DNA of 64,000 nucleotides from Simkaniaceae bacterium (GTDB lineage Bacteria; Chlamydiota; Chlamydiia; Chlamydiales; JACRBE01): NCBI GenBank assembly GCA_021734805.1, contig JAIPIG010000005.1, positions 29 to 64,028 of the forward strand, read 5' to 3'. Shown piece by piece: positions 18,428 to 27,261 of this stretch (position 1 is its first letter; each line of letters starts with the position of its first letter). The notes under the pieces were generated by a model. It saw only the letters and a program-made list of their open reading frames with translations, ran no database searches and was not told where the DNA came from. The position numbers and the translations under genes were made by a program.

Positions 18428-21400
18428 CAGGGTGTTGAATGAGCTCCATTCCTTCATCAAAGTCTTCAGTAACCGCTTGATCACGGTAGATGTTTTCTTG
18501 GTATTGTGTGAGCTTTTTGTATTCATCATAAGTATTCACAATCACAGGTCTTAGGAACATAATAACATTTGCCTTAGTTTTTGTATCGGTATTATCTGAA
18601 AAGGCAGCCCCGATAATGGGGAGTCCGCCAAGGCAAGGAATGGCTGTTTTTGTACGTGCGGTCGTGTTGCGAATTTGTCCTGCAATAGCGACGAAATGTT
18701 TGTCGGGGACATGGACTTTTGTTGCAGCAGCCGTTTTTCTTGTCTTAATGCCATATACGGTATTTGCTGTTCCTCCTGAGCCCCCCCCGGTGGTAATTTC
18801 TTCCGTGATGCTCTGTTCAATCTCCATTGAAACAATATTGTCTTCCCCAATGTTGGGGGTGACGCTGAGTTTAATCCCAATATCTCGATATTCGATGTTT
18901 GCCGCAATGGTCGTATTATCTGATTGGTTTGTGACCACCGAGCCGTTATAAGGGACATTCTCTCCGACGAAAAGAGTAGAGGTTTGATTATCTTGCGTAA
19001 TGAGCTTTTGGTTGAGTACCACCGTGCTATCCGCATCCGACTGAATCGCATTCACAAAATCTCCGAGCGACACGTAGGTCTGTCCTTTGTGGAAAATGAG
19101 ATCGCCAATCACACCTAAACTCCCTCCACTGGGAATAGGCATATTTGTTCCAAGAGGTGGACTTGTCGCATTCACTTGAGAGAGGAGATTTGAAAAATTC
19201 GGGCTTGTTTCTACGAGGGGCATCGAGCCGCCACTGAAGGCCATCCGATCTTTATAGACTCCTTGTCCACCCCAACGGAGACCAAATTCCAGACGTCCCG
19301 TAAGATCGGTTTCAATGACGAGGACTTCGATAAAGACTTGTTTAAGGGGGATATCAATACTCTCTAAAAGCTCTTTAAGCCGAACTAAAACTTTGGGATC
19401 GCCATTGGCGATAAAAGAGTTTGTCGCTCTGACCCACTGGATCGAATCAATGGCTTCAATCAATCCTTGAGAGGATTGATTTTTCATGTTTCTTTTCAAA
19501 TCGCCGGCAATGCCGGAAAGGGCTCCTTGAATACTGTCGCCGCGGTGGAACTGGAGCTTATAAATCAAAAAGCTAATATCATCGAGGGTTTCAACGGAGG
19601 ATTCTCCTTGTCCTCTGATCTGAGAGGCTTCAACATCAAATTTTTCAAATAGGGTAATGACTTTTTGCGTTGCTTCATTATCCCCGGAAACGAGAAGTTG
19701 TCCCGTTTTGGGCATCCACTTAATATTGTTGATCGCATCAAAGAGTTGGGGCTCATTGACACCTGAGTTAATCAGGTTTTGTTCAAAATCTTTGACGAGG
19801 TGAATCAGCTCATCGCCTTTCAGAAATTTAGGTTTATAGAGAATATATCCTTCTGCAGAAACGCGGGGTTGGGCAGGTCCCATTGAGACATCAAACTGAG
19901 GCAGAATTTCTCTAATTTTGTTGAGGGTTTCTTCCGTTCCGGTAAAAATAAGGGAATTAGAGTCTTTGACATAGCGCATATCTTCAATTGTCGTAATGAG
20001 CGATTCATCCGGAGCAGGGCTTTTTTTCAAATCGCGCGCGAGGTGATCGAGGGACTTCTCAAGATATTCGGGATTGGCTTCTTTAATTTTATAGACGAGA
20101 AAGGTCGTTTTCCCAACGGTTTGTACGCCGGTCTGACTGGCGAGGTCATTATCGATTTTTTCAAGAAGAGCCTCCGTTTTATCCATCGACTCTTGGGTCC
20201 CGGTAAAGAGAAGGCTATCGGTTGAATCGACATAGCGCATCGATTTAAGGGTATTTAAAAAGGAGGTATTGGCAAGGCCCGATTTTTCTAAGTCTTTTGT
20301 GACATTTCTAATCGCCTCTTCAACTTGTCTGGTATGGGCCTTTGTCGGTTTATAGATGAAATAATGGACATTAGGATTGGCTGCGATGGCCGGTTCAGGG
20401 ACGTCCAGTCGGGTTAATAGATCGGAGATTTGACTGAGAGTTTCCGCCGTTCCCGTAAAAATGAGCGTATGATTTTTCTCAACGATTCTCATAGAATTGA
20501 GGGTATTTAATAAACTAGGGTTGGCGAGATTGGATCTTTCTAAATCACCGTAGACATTTTTTAAGCTCTTGGCAAGAAGATCAATGGGCATGTTTTTAGC
20601 TTGATACATCAAGAATTGGTTGTTTTTGCCACCTCCGGAAGAGACGTCCAAGGTTTTGAGAAGATCTTCTAATCTAGTGATCGTGATTTGGTCTCCCGTA
20701 AAAAGGAATGACCCCGATGTTTTGACAAGGCGCATTGTGGCTAAACAGTTGATTAAACTGCGATCGCCAAAATCATTGCGTTTGAGTTCGGTTTCAATAT
20801 TCTGAATCGTTGCTTCAAAGGCTAGATTGTCCAAGTTTTTAGGTTTATAGAGGAAGAAAATAGTGTTGGTCGATTGATTGCGCTCATTATCGATTTTATC
20901 GAGGAGTTCATTGATTCGGGCTATCGTGGCATCATTACCGGTGAAGACAAAGGAATTCGTATCGGGGTTATAACGAAAGTGCTCTAATGATTCGATCAAT
21001 ATGGGATCGGAAAGCTTGCTTTCAACAAGATCATGGGCCAGTTTTTTAATGGCTTTTTGCAATTCGGGCGCGGAAATATGTTTTGGTTGATAGACAAAAA
21101 AGTTAGAGTGACTTCCCAATTGACTAGCCGGGGCGACATCTAAGTTTTTAATCATGGCTTCAATTTTTTGCACATCACTTGTTGGCCCTGAAATAAAGAG
21201 CGAGTTTGAGCTTTTAATCCATTCGATATGGTGAATGGTTTGAAGGAGATTTTCGTAGGCGACCTCTTTTTTGCTCAATTTCTCTGTCGCTTCCTCAAGC
21301 TCTTTAATTAAATCATTGCCGGAAGCATACTGCAATTTGATAATGACATACGAATTAGCTGATTGCGCCGTATCGAATTTATCGACAAATTTAAGAATTT

Positions 21401-23678
21401 GATCGATGTCTCCCTGAGGTCCTGTGATAAACAGAGAGTTCGTTGTTGGAATCCACTCAGTCTTTTTAATGCTTTCAATTAAATGCGCATTGCCTTGAGG
21501 GTCTTTTTCAAGGCGTTGGGAGATCGTTTTAAGCTCTTTAATGACCACATTGCCGGGTGTGTTCTTTAAGTTATAAAGAATATAGCCCTTTTGAGCTTCA
21601 GGAGCTCCCGAAGTGGAGTGCTGATCGACCACATTGAGCATCTCTTTAATTTTGTTTATCGTATTGAGATTGCCCTTAAAAATAATAATGCGGCTATCAG
21701 GGACCCATTTGGCCTGTTTAAGGGTTTGATAAGTGGGATCATCTTCAGCTAATTGATCCGAGTAGGCCATGAGATCACTCTTAACTTGGTCATACGATGC
21801 ATTGGCGACGCGGTAGGTAAAGATCGTTTCTTTAGCATACTCTGCCGTATCTGCAACTTCCAAAATTTCCTTAATTCTAGCGAGAGCCTCTCCGGTGCCA
21901 CGGAAAATTAAAGAGTGGGCTTCAGGCATCCATGATGAGCTTTCAATCGCTTCATGGATAGGACTTTCGATAGGAAGGCTGTCTGCAAATCGATCTAAGG
22001 CCTTTTCAATGGATTTTTTATCTGCAAATTTGACCTGATAGATGAGCATATTTTGATCGGATAGAATTTTTTTATCCGTATGATCGAGCTCATTCATCAG
22101 GCTTTTAATTTTATTGATTGTATCTGCACTTCCGGTAAAGATAATTGCATGGGAATAGGTTGCATATTTGGCTTCTTTAATTGCATGCACAAAGCCCTCG
22201 TCGACAAACCCTGCCTTGTCGAGCCGATCGGCCACTTGATGGAGGGAGTCAATGAGCGTTTGAGGGGATAAATGAATGGGAGTGTAGACAAAGTATTCGT
22301 TTTTTGAATTGAATTCAGAGAGATCCAGTGTTTTTAACAGCTGTTGAATTTCTCCAATCGAGTTGCTATCGCCCGTAAAGACAATGGTATTGGCATCGCG
22401 AATCAGGCGCATCGATGAGAGTGTCAAAATCATGTTGGGATCGGAGAGATGGGAGTCTTTTAAGCTCATCTCCACTTCTTTTAAGTAGCTCATAATTTCT
22501 ACTGCGGATTTAGCCGTAGGAATATAGATATAAAATTTAGAGTTTTCGGCGTTTTGGTTGGGCTGAGAAGGGACATCGAGCGTTTCTAAAAGCGATTTAA
22601 TGCGCAGTAGGGATTCGGCATCTCCAATAAAGAGAAGAGAATTTGTTGCTTTAATGTATTTAGCCGAATCGATGGAGCTAACAATACCGGAAACTAAAAA
22701 ACCTTGCTCAGAGGCACTTTTCGAGATTTCTTTGATGCTATTTTCAATATTAGAAGCCGTTTTGTATTTTAGTTTATAGACCAAAATGTTGTCAGACGAA
22801 AGAGAGCGATCTTGGAGCGATGAGTAGGTGTCGAGTCCCTGCAAAATTTCCAGCGATTTTTCAATCAGATAGCGGGTCGAAACAATGAAGATGCTATTCG
22901 TCTCTTTTTGAGGGACAATGATGACGGGGTTTCCCTCTGATAGGGGCATGATGAGCTCATTTAAGAGGGGGGTGAGTTGAAGGGCATTGGCATTTTTAGA
23001 TTTATAGACCGTCACATCTAGATTTGTTTTTGGGGTGTCCAAAATCATCAGTAGCTCTGCAATCTTTTCAACGTTAGAAGAGGTATCCGTAATAATCATC
23101 TGCCTGGTATCAGAAGACGTTGTAATGAGAGCTGTTCCCGAGAGCATCGGTTTAAAAATGGTTTCGAGATTGCCCGGATTGGCATTGTGAATATTGAAAA
23201 CACGCGTTACGATGATGGGCATCTCATCAAGATCGAGGGGTGTTTCAGAAGAGACAATCGTCGGAATTTGCCTCACATCTTGATTTTTGTGAATGATGAG
23301 ATTATTGCCGTCCTCAATAACGGACAAGCCATGAATACTGAGTATTTGAGTGAACGCCGACATGATATTAAAAAGGGAGGTCGGTTCCTCAGAAGTGAAC
23401 GTGATATTAAAATTAAGATCCGTATCTTCATAAATGAAGTTTACACCGCGGATTTTACTGATGAACTTGACTAATTCTAAGATGGAAACATTAGGAAAAT
23501 TAATCGTGTATCCTTCATCAGATAGGCTATGAGGTGCATCGACTTGCTTAGGTTTGATCTTTTTATTGAAAAGAGCATGTGCAGGATAAGTCGTAAATAA
23601 AACGGAGCTAATCAAACAAAAAATAATGAGTTGTTTGATATTTCGAAAAATGAATGCCACAATTTTCCAACTCGTCAA
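18414..23678 (-). CDS. sctC: T3SS outer-membrane secretin SctC/CdsC, giant form (1754 aa)
   Basis: C-terminal secretin domain VFIEVLVIETD ... LGGLPIIGAAF ... MFLRPVIV. N0/N1-like N-terminus behind a signal peptide. About 14 tandem N-domain-like modules lie between them. Start is TTG 23678 or GTG 23660. Confidence 0.9.
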   Translation of the reverse strand: MTSWKIVAFIFRNIKQLIIFCLISSVLFTTYPAHALFNKKIKPKQVDAPHSLSDEGYTINFPNVSILELVKFISKIRGVNFIYEDTDLNFNITFTSEEPTSLFNIMSAFTQILSIHGLSVIEDGNNLIIHKNQDVRQIPTIVSSETPLDLDEMPIIVTRVFNIHNANPGNLETIFKPMLSGTALITTSSDTRQMIITDTSSNVEKIAELLMILDTPKTNLDVTVYKSKNANALQLTPLLNELIMPLSEGNPVIIVPQKETNSIFIVSTRYLIEKSLEILQGLDTYSSLQDRSLSSDNILVYKLKYKTASNIENSIKEISKSASEQGFLVSGIVSSIDSAKYIKATNSLLFIGDAESLLRIKSLLETLDVPSQPNQNAENSKFYIYIPTAKSAVEIMSYLKEVEMSLKDSHLSDPNMILTLSSMRLIRDANTIVFTGDSNSIGEIQQLLKTLDLSEFNSKNEYFVYTPIHLSPQTLIDSLHQVADRLDKAGFVDEGFVHAIKEAKYATYSHAIIFTGSADTINKIKSLMNELDHTDKKILSDQNMLIYQVKFADKKSIEKALDRFADSLPIESPIHEAIESSSWMPEAHSLIFRGTGEALARIKEILEVADTAEYAKETIFTYRVANASYDQVKSDLMAYSDQLAEDDPTYQTLKQAKWVPDSRIIIFKGNLNTINKIKEMLNVVDQHSTSGAPEAQKGYILYNLKNTPGNVVIKELKTISQRLEKDPQGNAHLIESIKKTEWIPTTNSLFITGPQGDIDQILKFVDKFDTAQSANSYVIIKLQYASGNDLIKELEEATEKLSKKEVAYENLLQTIHHIEWIKSSNSLFISGPTSDVQKIEAMIKNLDVAPASQLGSHSNFFVYQPKHISAPELQKAIKKLAHDLVESKLSDPILIESLEHFRYNPDTNSFVFTGNDATIARINELLDKIDNERNQSTNTIFFLYKPKNLDNLAFEATIQNIETELKRNDFGDRSLINCLATMRLVKTSGSFLFTGDQITITRLEDLLKTLDVSSGGGKNNQFLMYQAKNMPIDLLAKSLKNVYGDLERSNLANPSLLNTLNSMRIVEKNHTLIFTGTAETLSQISDLLTRLDVPEPAIAANPNVHYFIYKPTKAHTRQVEEAIRNVTKDLEKSGLANTSFLNTLKSMRYVDSTDSLLFTGTQESMDKTEALLEKIDNDLASQTGVQTVGKTTFLVYKIKEANPEYLEKSLDHLARDLKKSPAPDESLITTIEDMRYVKDSNSLIFTGTEETLNKIREILPQFDVSMGPAQPRVSAEGYILYKPKFLKGDELIHLVKDFEQNLINSGVNEPQLFDAINNIKWMPKTGQLLVSGDNEATQKVITLFEKFDVEASQIRGQGESSVETLDDISFLIYKLQFHRGDSIQGALSGIAGDLKRNMKNQSSQGLIEAIDSIQWVRATNSFIANGDPKVLVRLKELLESIDIPLKQVFIEVLVIETDLTGRLEFGLRWGGQGVYKDRMAFSGGSMPLVETSPNFSNLLSQVNATSPPLGTNMPIPSGGSLGVIGDLIFHKGQTYVSLGDFVNAIQSDADSTVVLNQKLITQDNQTSTLFVGENVPYNGSVVTNQSDNTTIAANIEYRDIGIKLSVTPNIGEDNIVSMEIEQSITEEITTGGGSGGTANTVYGIKTRKTAAATKVHVPDKHFVAIAGQIRNTTARTKTAIPCLGGLPIIGAAFSDNTDTKTKANVIMFLRPVIVNTYDEYKKLTQYQENIYRDQAVTEDFDEGMELIQHPDDED

Positions 23679-23728
23679 TTATTTTATATATAAGAATTGG
23701 TATTACACCTATCTTAGGTTTTTTGCAA

Positions 23729-23803
23729 CTCGACTTTATAATTTTTTGGGCTTGAGAGCAAATAGATGAGGCTCTCATGCTCACAATAAGCTACAAAGTC
23801 GAG
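23729..23803. repeat. degenerate mini copy of family B in the pkn5-sctC spacer
   Basis: ctcgactttataattttttggg ... gcaaatagatgagg ... ctacaaagtcgag shares both termini and one internal word with family B. Confidence 0.4.
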
Positions 23804-23809
23804 ATAACG

Positions 23810-25420
23810 CTAAATATTTTCTAAACGTTGGAGACAAATAACGCTGCGGCGTTCTTTAGAGAGGGTAGGATCTAAAAGAGAGAGAAGTTCATTGAGGATT
23901 TTTTTTGAGAGACTTCCCATTGACAAGTGAATATGGTTTGAGATGATCTCCTTAGCCCTTTCTTGAATCGTCGTGATCATCTTTTGCTCAAGATTTGAAT
24001 CGTTAAACGTATGCAAAATTAAAATATCCCCTGCAAACCAATTGTCACTCACATGTCGAAATTCGGAGGAGGAAGAGACGCCGAGATACGGGTTATCGCT
24101 CATCAACAGTTTTGGAAGTGCCGTTTCAGGAGTGTAATGCCATAAAGAGAGATATCCACAGGATGAAAAAAGATAGCGGTCTTCATCTAAATCAAGAAAG
24201 AGTGCATTCGCCTTAAAAGGGGCGATAGAGGGATCGGCGAGGAGAAACTCATTGATCTCAGAGATAAAGTTGTCAATGTCAAATCGAGTCACTGATTTTT
24301 GACGGTATTGTTTAATTAAAGGTTTGATCATTCCTTTGATATGGGTAATAAATAAGCTCGAACTCACATCAGCTGATGTCGACTCCATTGATAAGATGAG
24401 ATAGTGGCGAGGAGAGAGGGCAATAAAATCATGAGAGACACCGAGATCTTTAGCTCCTTCAGGTCGGGCTATTGTGAGATCGACGTGATCCCATTCAGGG
24501 AGGTGTAGAGAGGTGATTTGTTGTTGTGCTTGAATAATAGTGCTTAAGATTTCAGAGTGACTCTCATCATTATTTCCCTCATCTTGGGAGAGCGCTTTTT
24601 TAGAATAGGTGGAAATGGCCGTGATAAAATCGACAATGTCTTCATAACGCTTATTTAAATTAGGATCGATAGCTTTTTCTATGATAGAGCGCAAATGCGA
24701 GGGAATATATGAGAGTTGGATATTGCCAAAACTGAGTTTCCCAATAATCATTTCATAAGTGATGATGCCTAAGGCATAAATATCTGAAGCAAAAATGGCT
24801 TTGCTGGGATCTTTTTTTTGTTCGGGAGCCATGTAGTGGGGCGTTCCGATCATGCCGCCTTCCATTGAGGTACTGAGTTGGTCTTTCCCCTTGAGCTGGG
24901 CAACACCAAAATCAATGACTTTAACTTTTCCATTTTCAGTGATCAAAATGTTTTCGGGTTTGAGGTCTCTATGGACAATGTTATGCGTATGTAGATGCAA
25001 AAGAGCATAAGCGACTTGCAATGCAATATCGAGGCAGCGTTTGAGGGAAAGGGAGTGTTGATAAATAAACTGTCTCAGAGAGATCCCTTGAATGAATTCC
25101 ATGGCAATATAAAGCCCATGTTGCCATTTGCCCTGTCCATAGAGCTTCACGATGTTGGGATGGTCGGCAATACTGATAATTTTGGCTTCTTCAAGGAATT
25201 GGGCAATCATTTCAGGATGGCGGACAAAGTCGGGAGAGAGGACTTTAATGACGATCATTTGATCGGTATGAGGATCTTTCCCTAAATAGAGACGACTCAT
25301 TCCCCCTTGGGATAAAAGGCTCTCAACGATGTAGGGACCAATGCGATCGGGTAAAGCTTGTTTGGTTTGTGCCTTTGCCGTAGGCAAGGTAGGCTGGTCA
25401 AAGAAGACTTTTTTCGTCAT
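23810..25420 (-). CDS. pkn5: Ser/Thr protein kinase, Pkn5-like, T3SS-associated
   Basis: Hanks motifs VIKVL (Lys), HRDLKPENIL, DFG and YMAPE. Its position between sctQ and sctC matches chlamydial pkn5. Confidence 0.85.
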   Translation of the reverse strand: MTKKVFFDQPTLPTAKAQTKQALPDRIGPYIVESLLSQGGMSRLYLGKDPHTDQMIVIKVLSPDFVRHPEMIAQFLEEAKIISIADHPNIVKLYGQGKWQHGLYIAMEFIQGISLRQFIYQHSLSLKRCLDIALQVAYALLHLHTHNIVHRDLKPENILITENGKVKVIDFGVAQLKGKDQLSTSMEGGMIGTPHYMAPEQKKDPSKAIFASDIYALGIITYEMIIGKLSFGNIQLSYIPSHLRSIIEKAIDPNLNKRYEDIVDFITAISTYSKKALSQDEGNNDESHSEILSTIIQAQQQITSLHLPEWDHVDLTIARPEGAKDLGVSHDFIALSPRHYLILSMESTSADVSSSLFITHIKGMIKPLIKQYRQKSVTRFDIDNFISEINEFLLADPSIAPFKANALFLDLDEDRYLFSSCGYLSLWHYTPETALPKLLMSDNPYLGVSSSSEFRHVSDNWFAGDILILHTFNDSNLEQKMITTIQERAKEIISNHIHLSMGSLSKKILNELLSLLDPTLSKERRSVICLQRLENI

Positions 25421-25426
25421 GATTTA

Positions 25427-26650
25427 TTACGCGGAGGTATTGGCAATTTCAACGATTCTGACCCCGAGGACATCGCCGATTTGTAATAGCTCTCCCTTTC
25501 CAATGATATGACCGTTTAAGGATAGCTGTACCCCTCTTTCGGGTTGCACACTTGTATTAAGGACATTTCCCGGTTGAAGCTGAAGGAGTTGATCCAAGGA
25601 TATTTTAATTTTTGCCACTTCAACAGAAAGAATGAGAGGGACATTTTTAGGGTGGAGCATTTTTTGCTCTTGCACTGTTTCGATTTCTTCATCGAGCTCT
25701 TCCTTTGGGGATTCGGAAAGTTCCGGGATCGGGGGCTCTTCATCATCGAGGAAGAGATCATCATCTTCGTGAAGTAGGTCTTCAATAGGTTGGGAATCTT
25801 GGGAGAGTTCATCGTCATTCATAATATTTCCTTCCATTTCAAAGGCATAATCTAAAACTTTTAAATGATTGTCTTTTAATTTAACTTGTAAAAGAGGGCG
25901 AGAGGCAAATGCGAGTTGAAAATGGCCTTTTTTCGTATTGGGGTGATAACTTGCGTAATCGAGGATGAGAAAATCACCCGTCTTTATGCCGTCAAATTGA
26001 GAAAGAGTGAGCGAGACATAGCCTGCAAGCAAATCCGTTTCTAGAAACAGATGCCCCTTTGATTTAAGTTCTAAAAATGAGGGTAGGTGATGATTATAGT
26101 GTTTTTTGATCGCAGATTGAAATGCTATCGGAACAATCAGTCGTCCCCAAACCGTCTTTTCAGAGGAATGGATGCCGATATCAAATGTAAAGCTCTTCTC
26201 ACCGGTTAATTGTGTCGTCTCGAGTTTAGGGCTTAAATCGGAATAAATATTGCTATCGCGCAGGGCCTTGATCGCTTCTAAAATGAGAAAGTGATAATAC
26301 CCCTTTTGGATCTCTGAATCTTGAAAGTGAAATGTGCGTTGTTGAGGAGACAGAGTCCATGAAGAGAGTTCAAGCAGATCCGCTTGAGAGATTGCCCAAA
26401 AGATCGGTGAGGAAATAGGAGACAAACTAAGCGCCATCACGCTGGGGGAGTCGCCCAGTCCCTCTAATAACTGTTCTTCAGAGCGCCATCCTTGATTGGC
26501 GACGGATAAAGAGAGATCTTCTAAGTGAAGCGCCAGCTTTAGGGGGGCGAGGAAACGTTCAAAATCAAAAGTGGGAGGAAGCCCAAAAAGAGGGACGTCG
26601 AATGATTCATCAATGACGGTTGTTAAATGTCGAATCCAATGTTGCTGCAC
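25427..26650 (-). CDS. sctQ: T3SS cytoplasmic sorting-platform protein SctQ/CdsQ
   Basis: C-terminal SpoA/FliN-like domain LILSVEVAKIKISLDQLLQLQPGNVL ... GELLQIGDVLGVRIVEI, preceded by an acidic linker. GTG start. Confidence 0.85.
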   Translation of the reverse strand: MQQHWIRHLTTVIDESFDVPLFGLPPTFDFERFLAPLKLALHLEDLSLSVANQGWRSEEQLLEGLGDSPSVMALSLSPISSPIFWAISQADLLELSSWTLSPQQRTFHFQDSEIQKGYYHFLILEAIKALRDSNIYSDLSPKLETTQLTGEKSFTFDIGIHSSEKTVWGRLIVPIAFQSAIKKHYNHHLPSFLELKSKGHLFLETDLLAGYVSLTLSQFDGIKTGDFLILDYASYHPNTKKGHFQLAFASRPLLQVKLKDNHLKVLDYAFEMEGNIMNDDELSQDSQPIEDLLHEDDDLFLDDEEPPIPELSESPKEELDEEIETVQEQKMLHPKNVPLILSVEVAKIKISLDQLLQLQPGNVLNTSVQPERGVQLSLNGHIIGKGELLQIGDVLGVRIVEIANTSA

Positions 26651-26659
26651 AAAGAGGCC

Positions 26660-27259
26660 TCATTTGGTATGAACTTTCAATCCATACTCTATTTTTTGTT
26701 TTTTGTTTAGTTTTTTAAATTGAGATGTTTGAAAGGGCTCTTTCAACTGAGAGGGTTTAAAGTGAAAGGCCGTTTCAGGGAAAGCATTTGAAAGGCGATT
26801 GGCGAGCGTGGCGATATGAGTATCGAGTTTTTGAATCATTTCCGTTGTCCCCAAGAATTGGATATGACAAGAACCCGGAGCCGTATTGTAGTGAGTCATC
26901 TCGATACTGAGGCTATTGAAAGGGCTGTTTTCATTGCAATAAGTTGTAAGCATTTGATGGGAGTCTTCCATTTTTTGCAAAGAGATGACGTGACTCTCAA
27001 TCACATCTGCCAAATCGTAGATTGCTTGAGTTGACGCTTGAATCGCTTGCAATTTGCAATGGCTTTGATGGGTCTCTGTAAAGAGCTCAAAAGGGGTCAT
27101 CAGAGGGGGTGGAGGATCAAGCGGCTGTTCTTGTTTTTTTTCTTCATCGAGATTTTTTTTCTTTTCGTAAAAGGCTTTAAAAGGCTTGGGCTCACTAGAG
27201 GAAAGTGTCGACTTTCCCTCAGAAGGTTTTGAGTGGTTGATTTTGAGTTCTTGATTCAT
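26660..27259 (-). CDS. short T3S4-domain-like protein (paralog of the C-terminus of the upstream SctP-like gene)
   Basis: SIEMTHYNTAPGSCHIQFLGTTEMIQKLDTHIATLANRL aligns with IVIDHYDIAPHSFNLLLQGSEQAVNMFNANLSDLAAAF of the 554-aa protein. Its ATG lies 2 nt after that gene's stop. Confidence 0.55.
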   Translation of the reverse strand: MNQELKINHSKPSEGKSTLSSSEPKPFKAFYEKKKNLDEEKKQEQPLDPPPPLMTPFELFTETHQSHCKLQAIQASTQAIYDLADVIESHVISLQKMEDSHQMLTTYCNENSPFNSLSIEMTHYNTAPGSCHIQFLGTTEMIQKLDTHIATLANRLSNAFPETAFHFKPSQLKEPFQTSQFKKLNKKQKIEYGLKVHTK

Positions 27260-27261
27260 CT

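Noticed and set aside
18428-18529. Upstream extension of the lipoprotein ORF (ORF-track start at 18529, MMNTKSSHNTKK...).
   Set aside because: The extension would overlap 116 nt of the sctC coding sequence and would place 34 residues before a textbook lipoprotein signal peptide. The ATG at 18427, followed by a K/R-rich n-region and the lipobox LAGC, is the better start.
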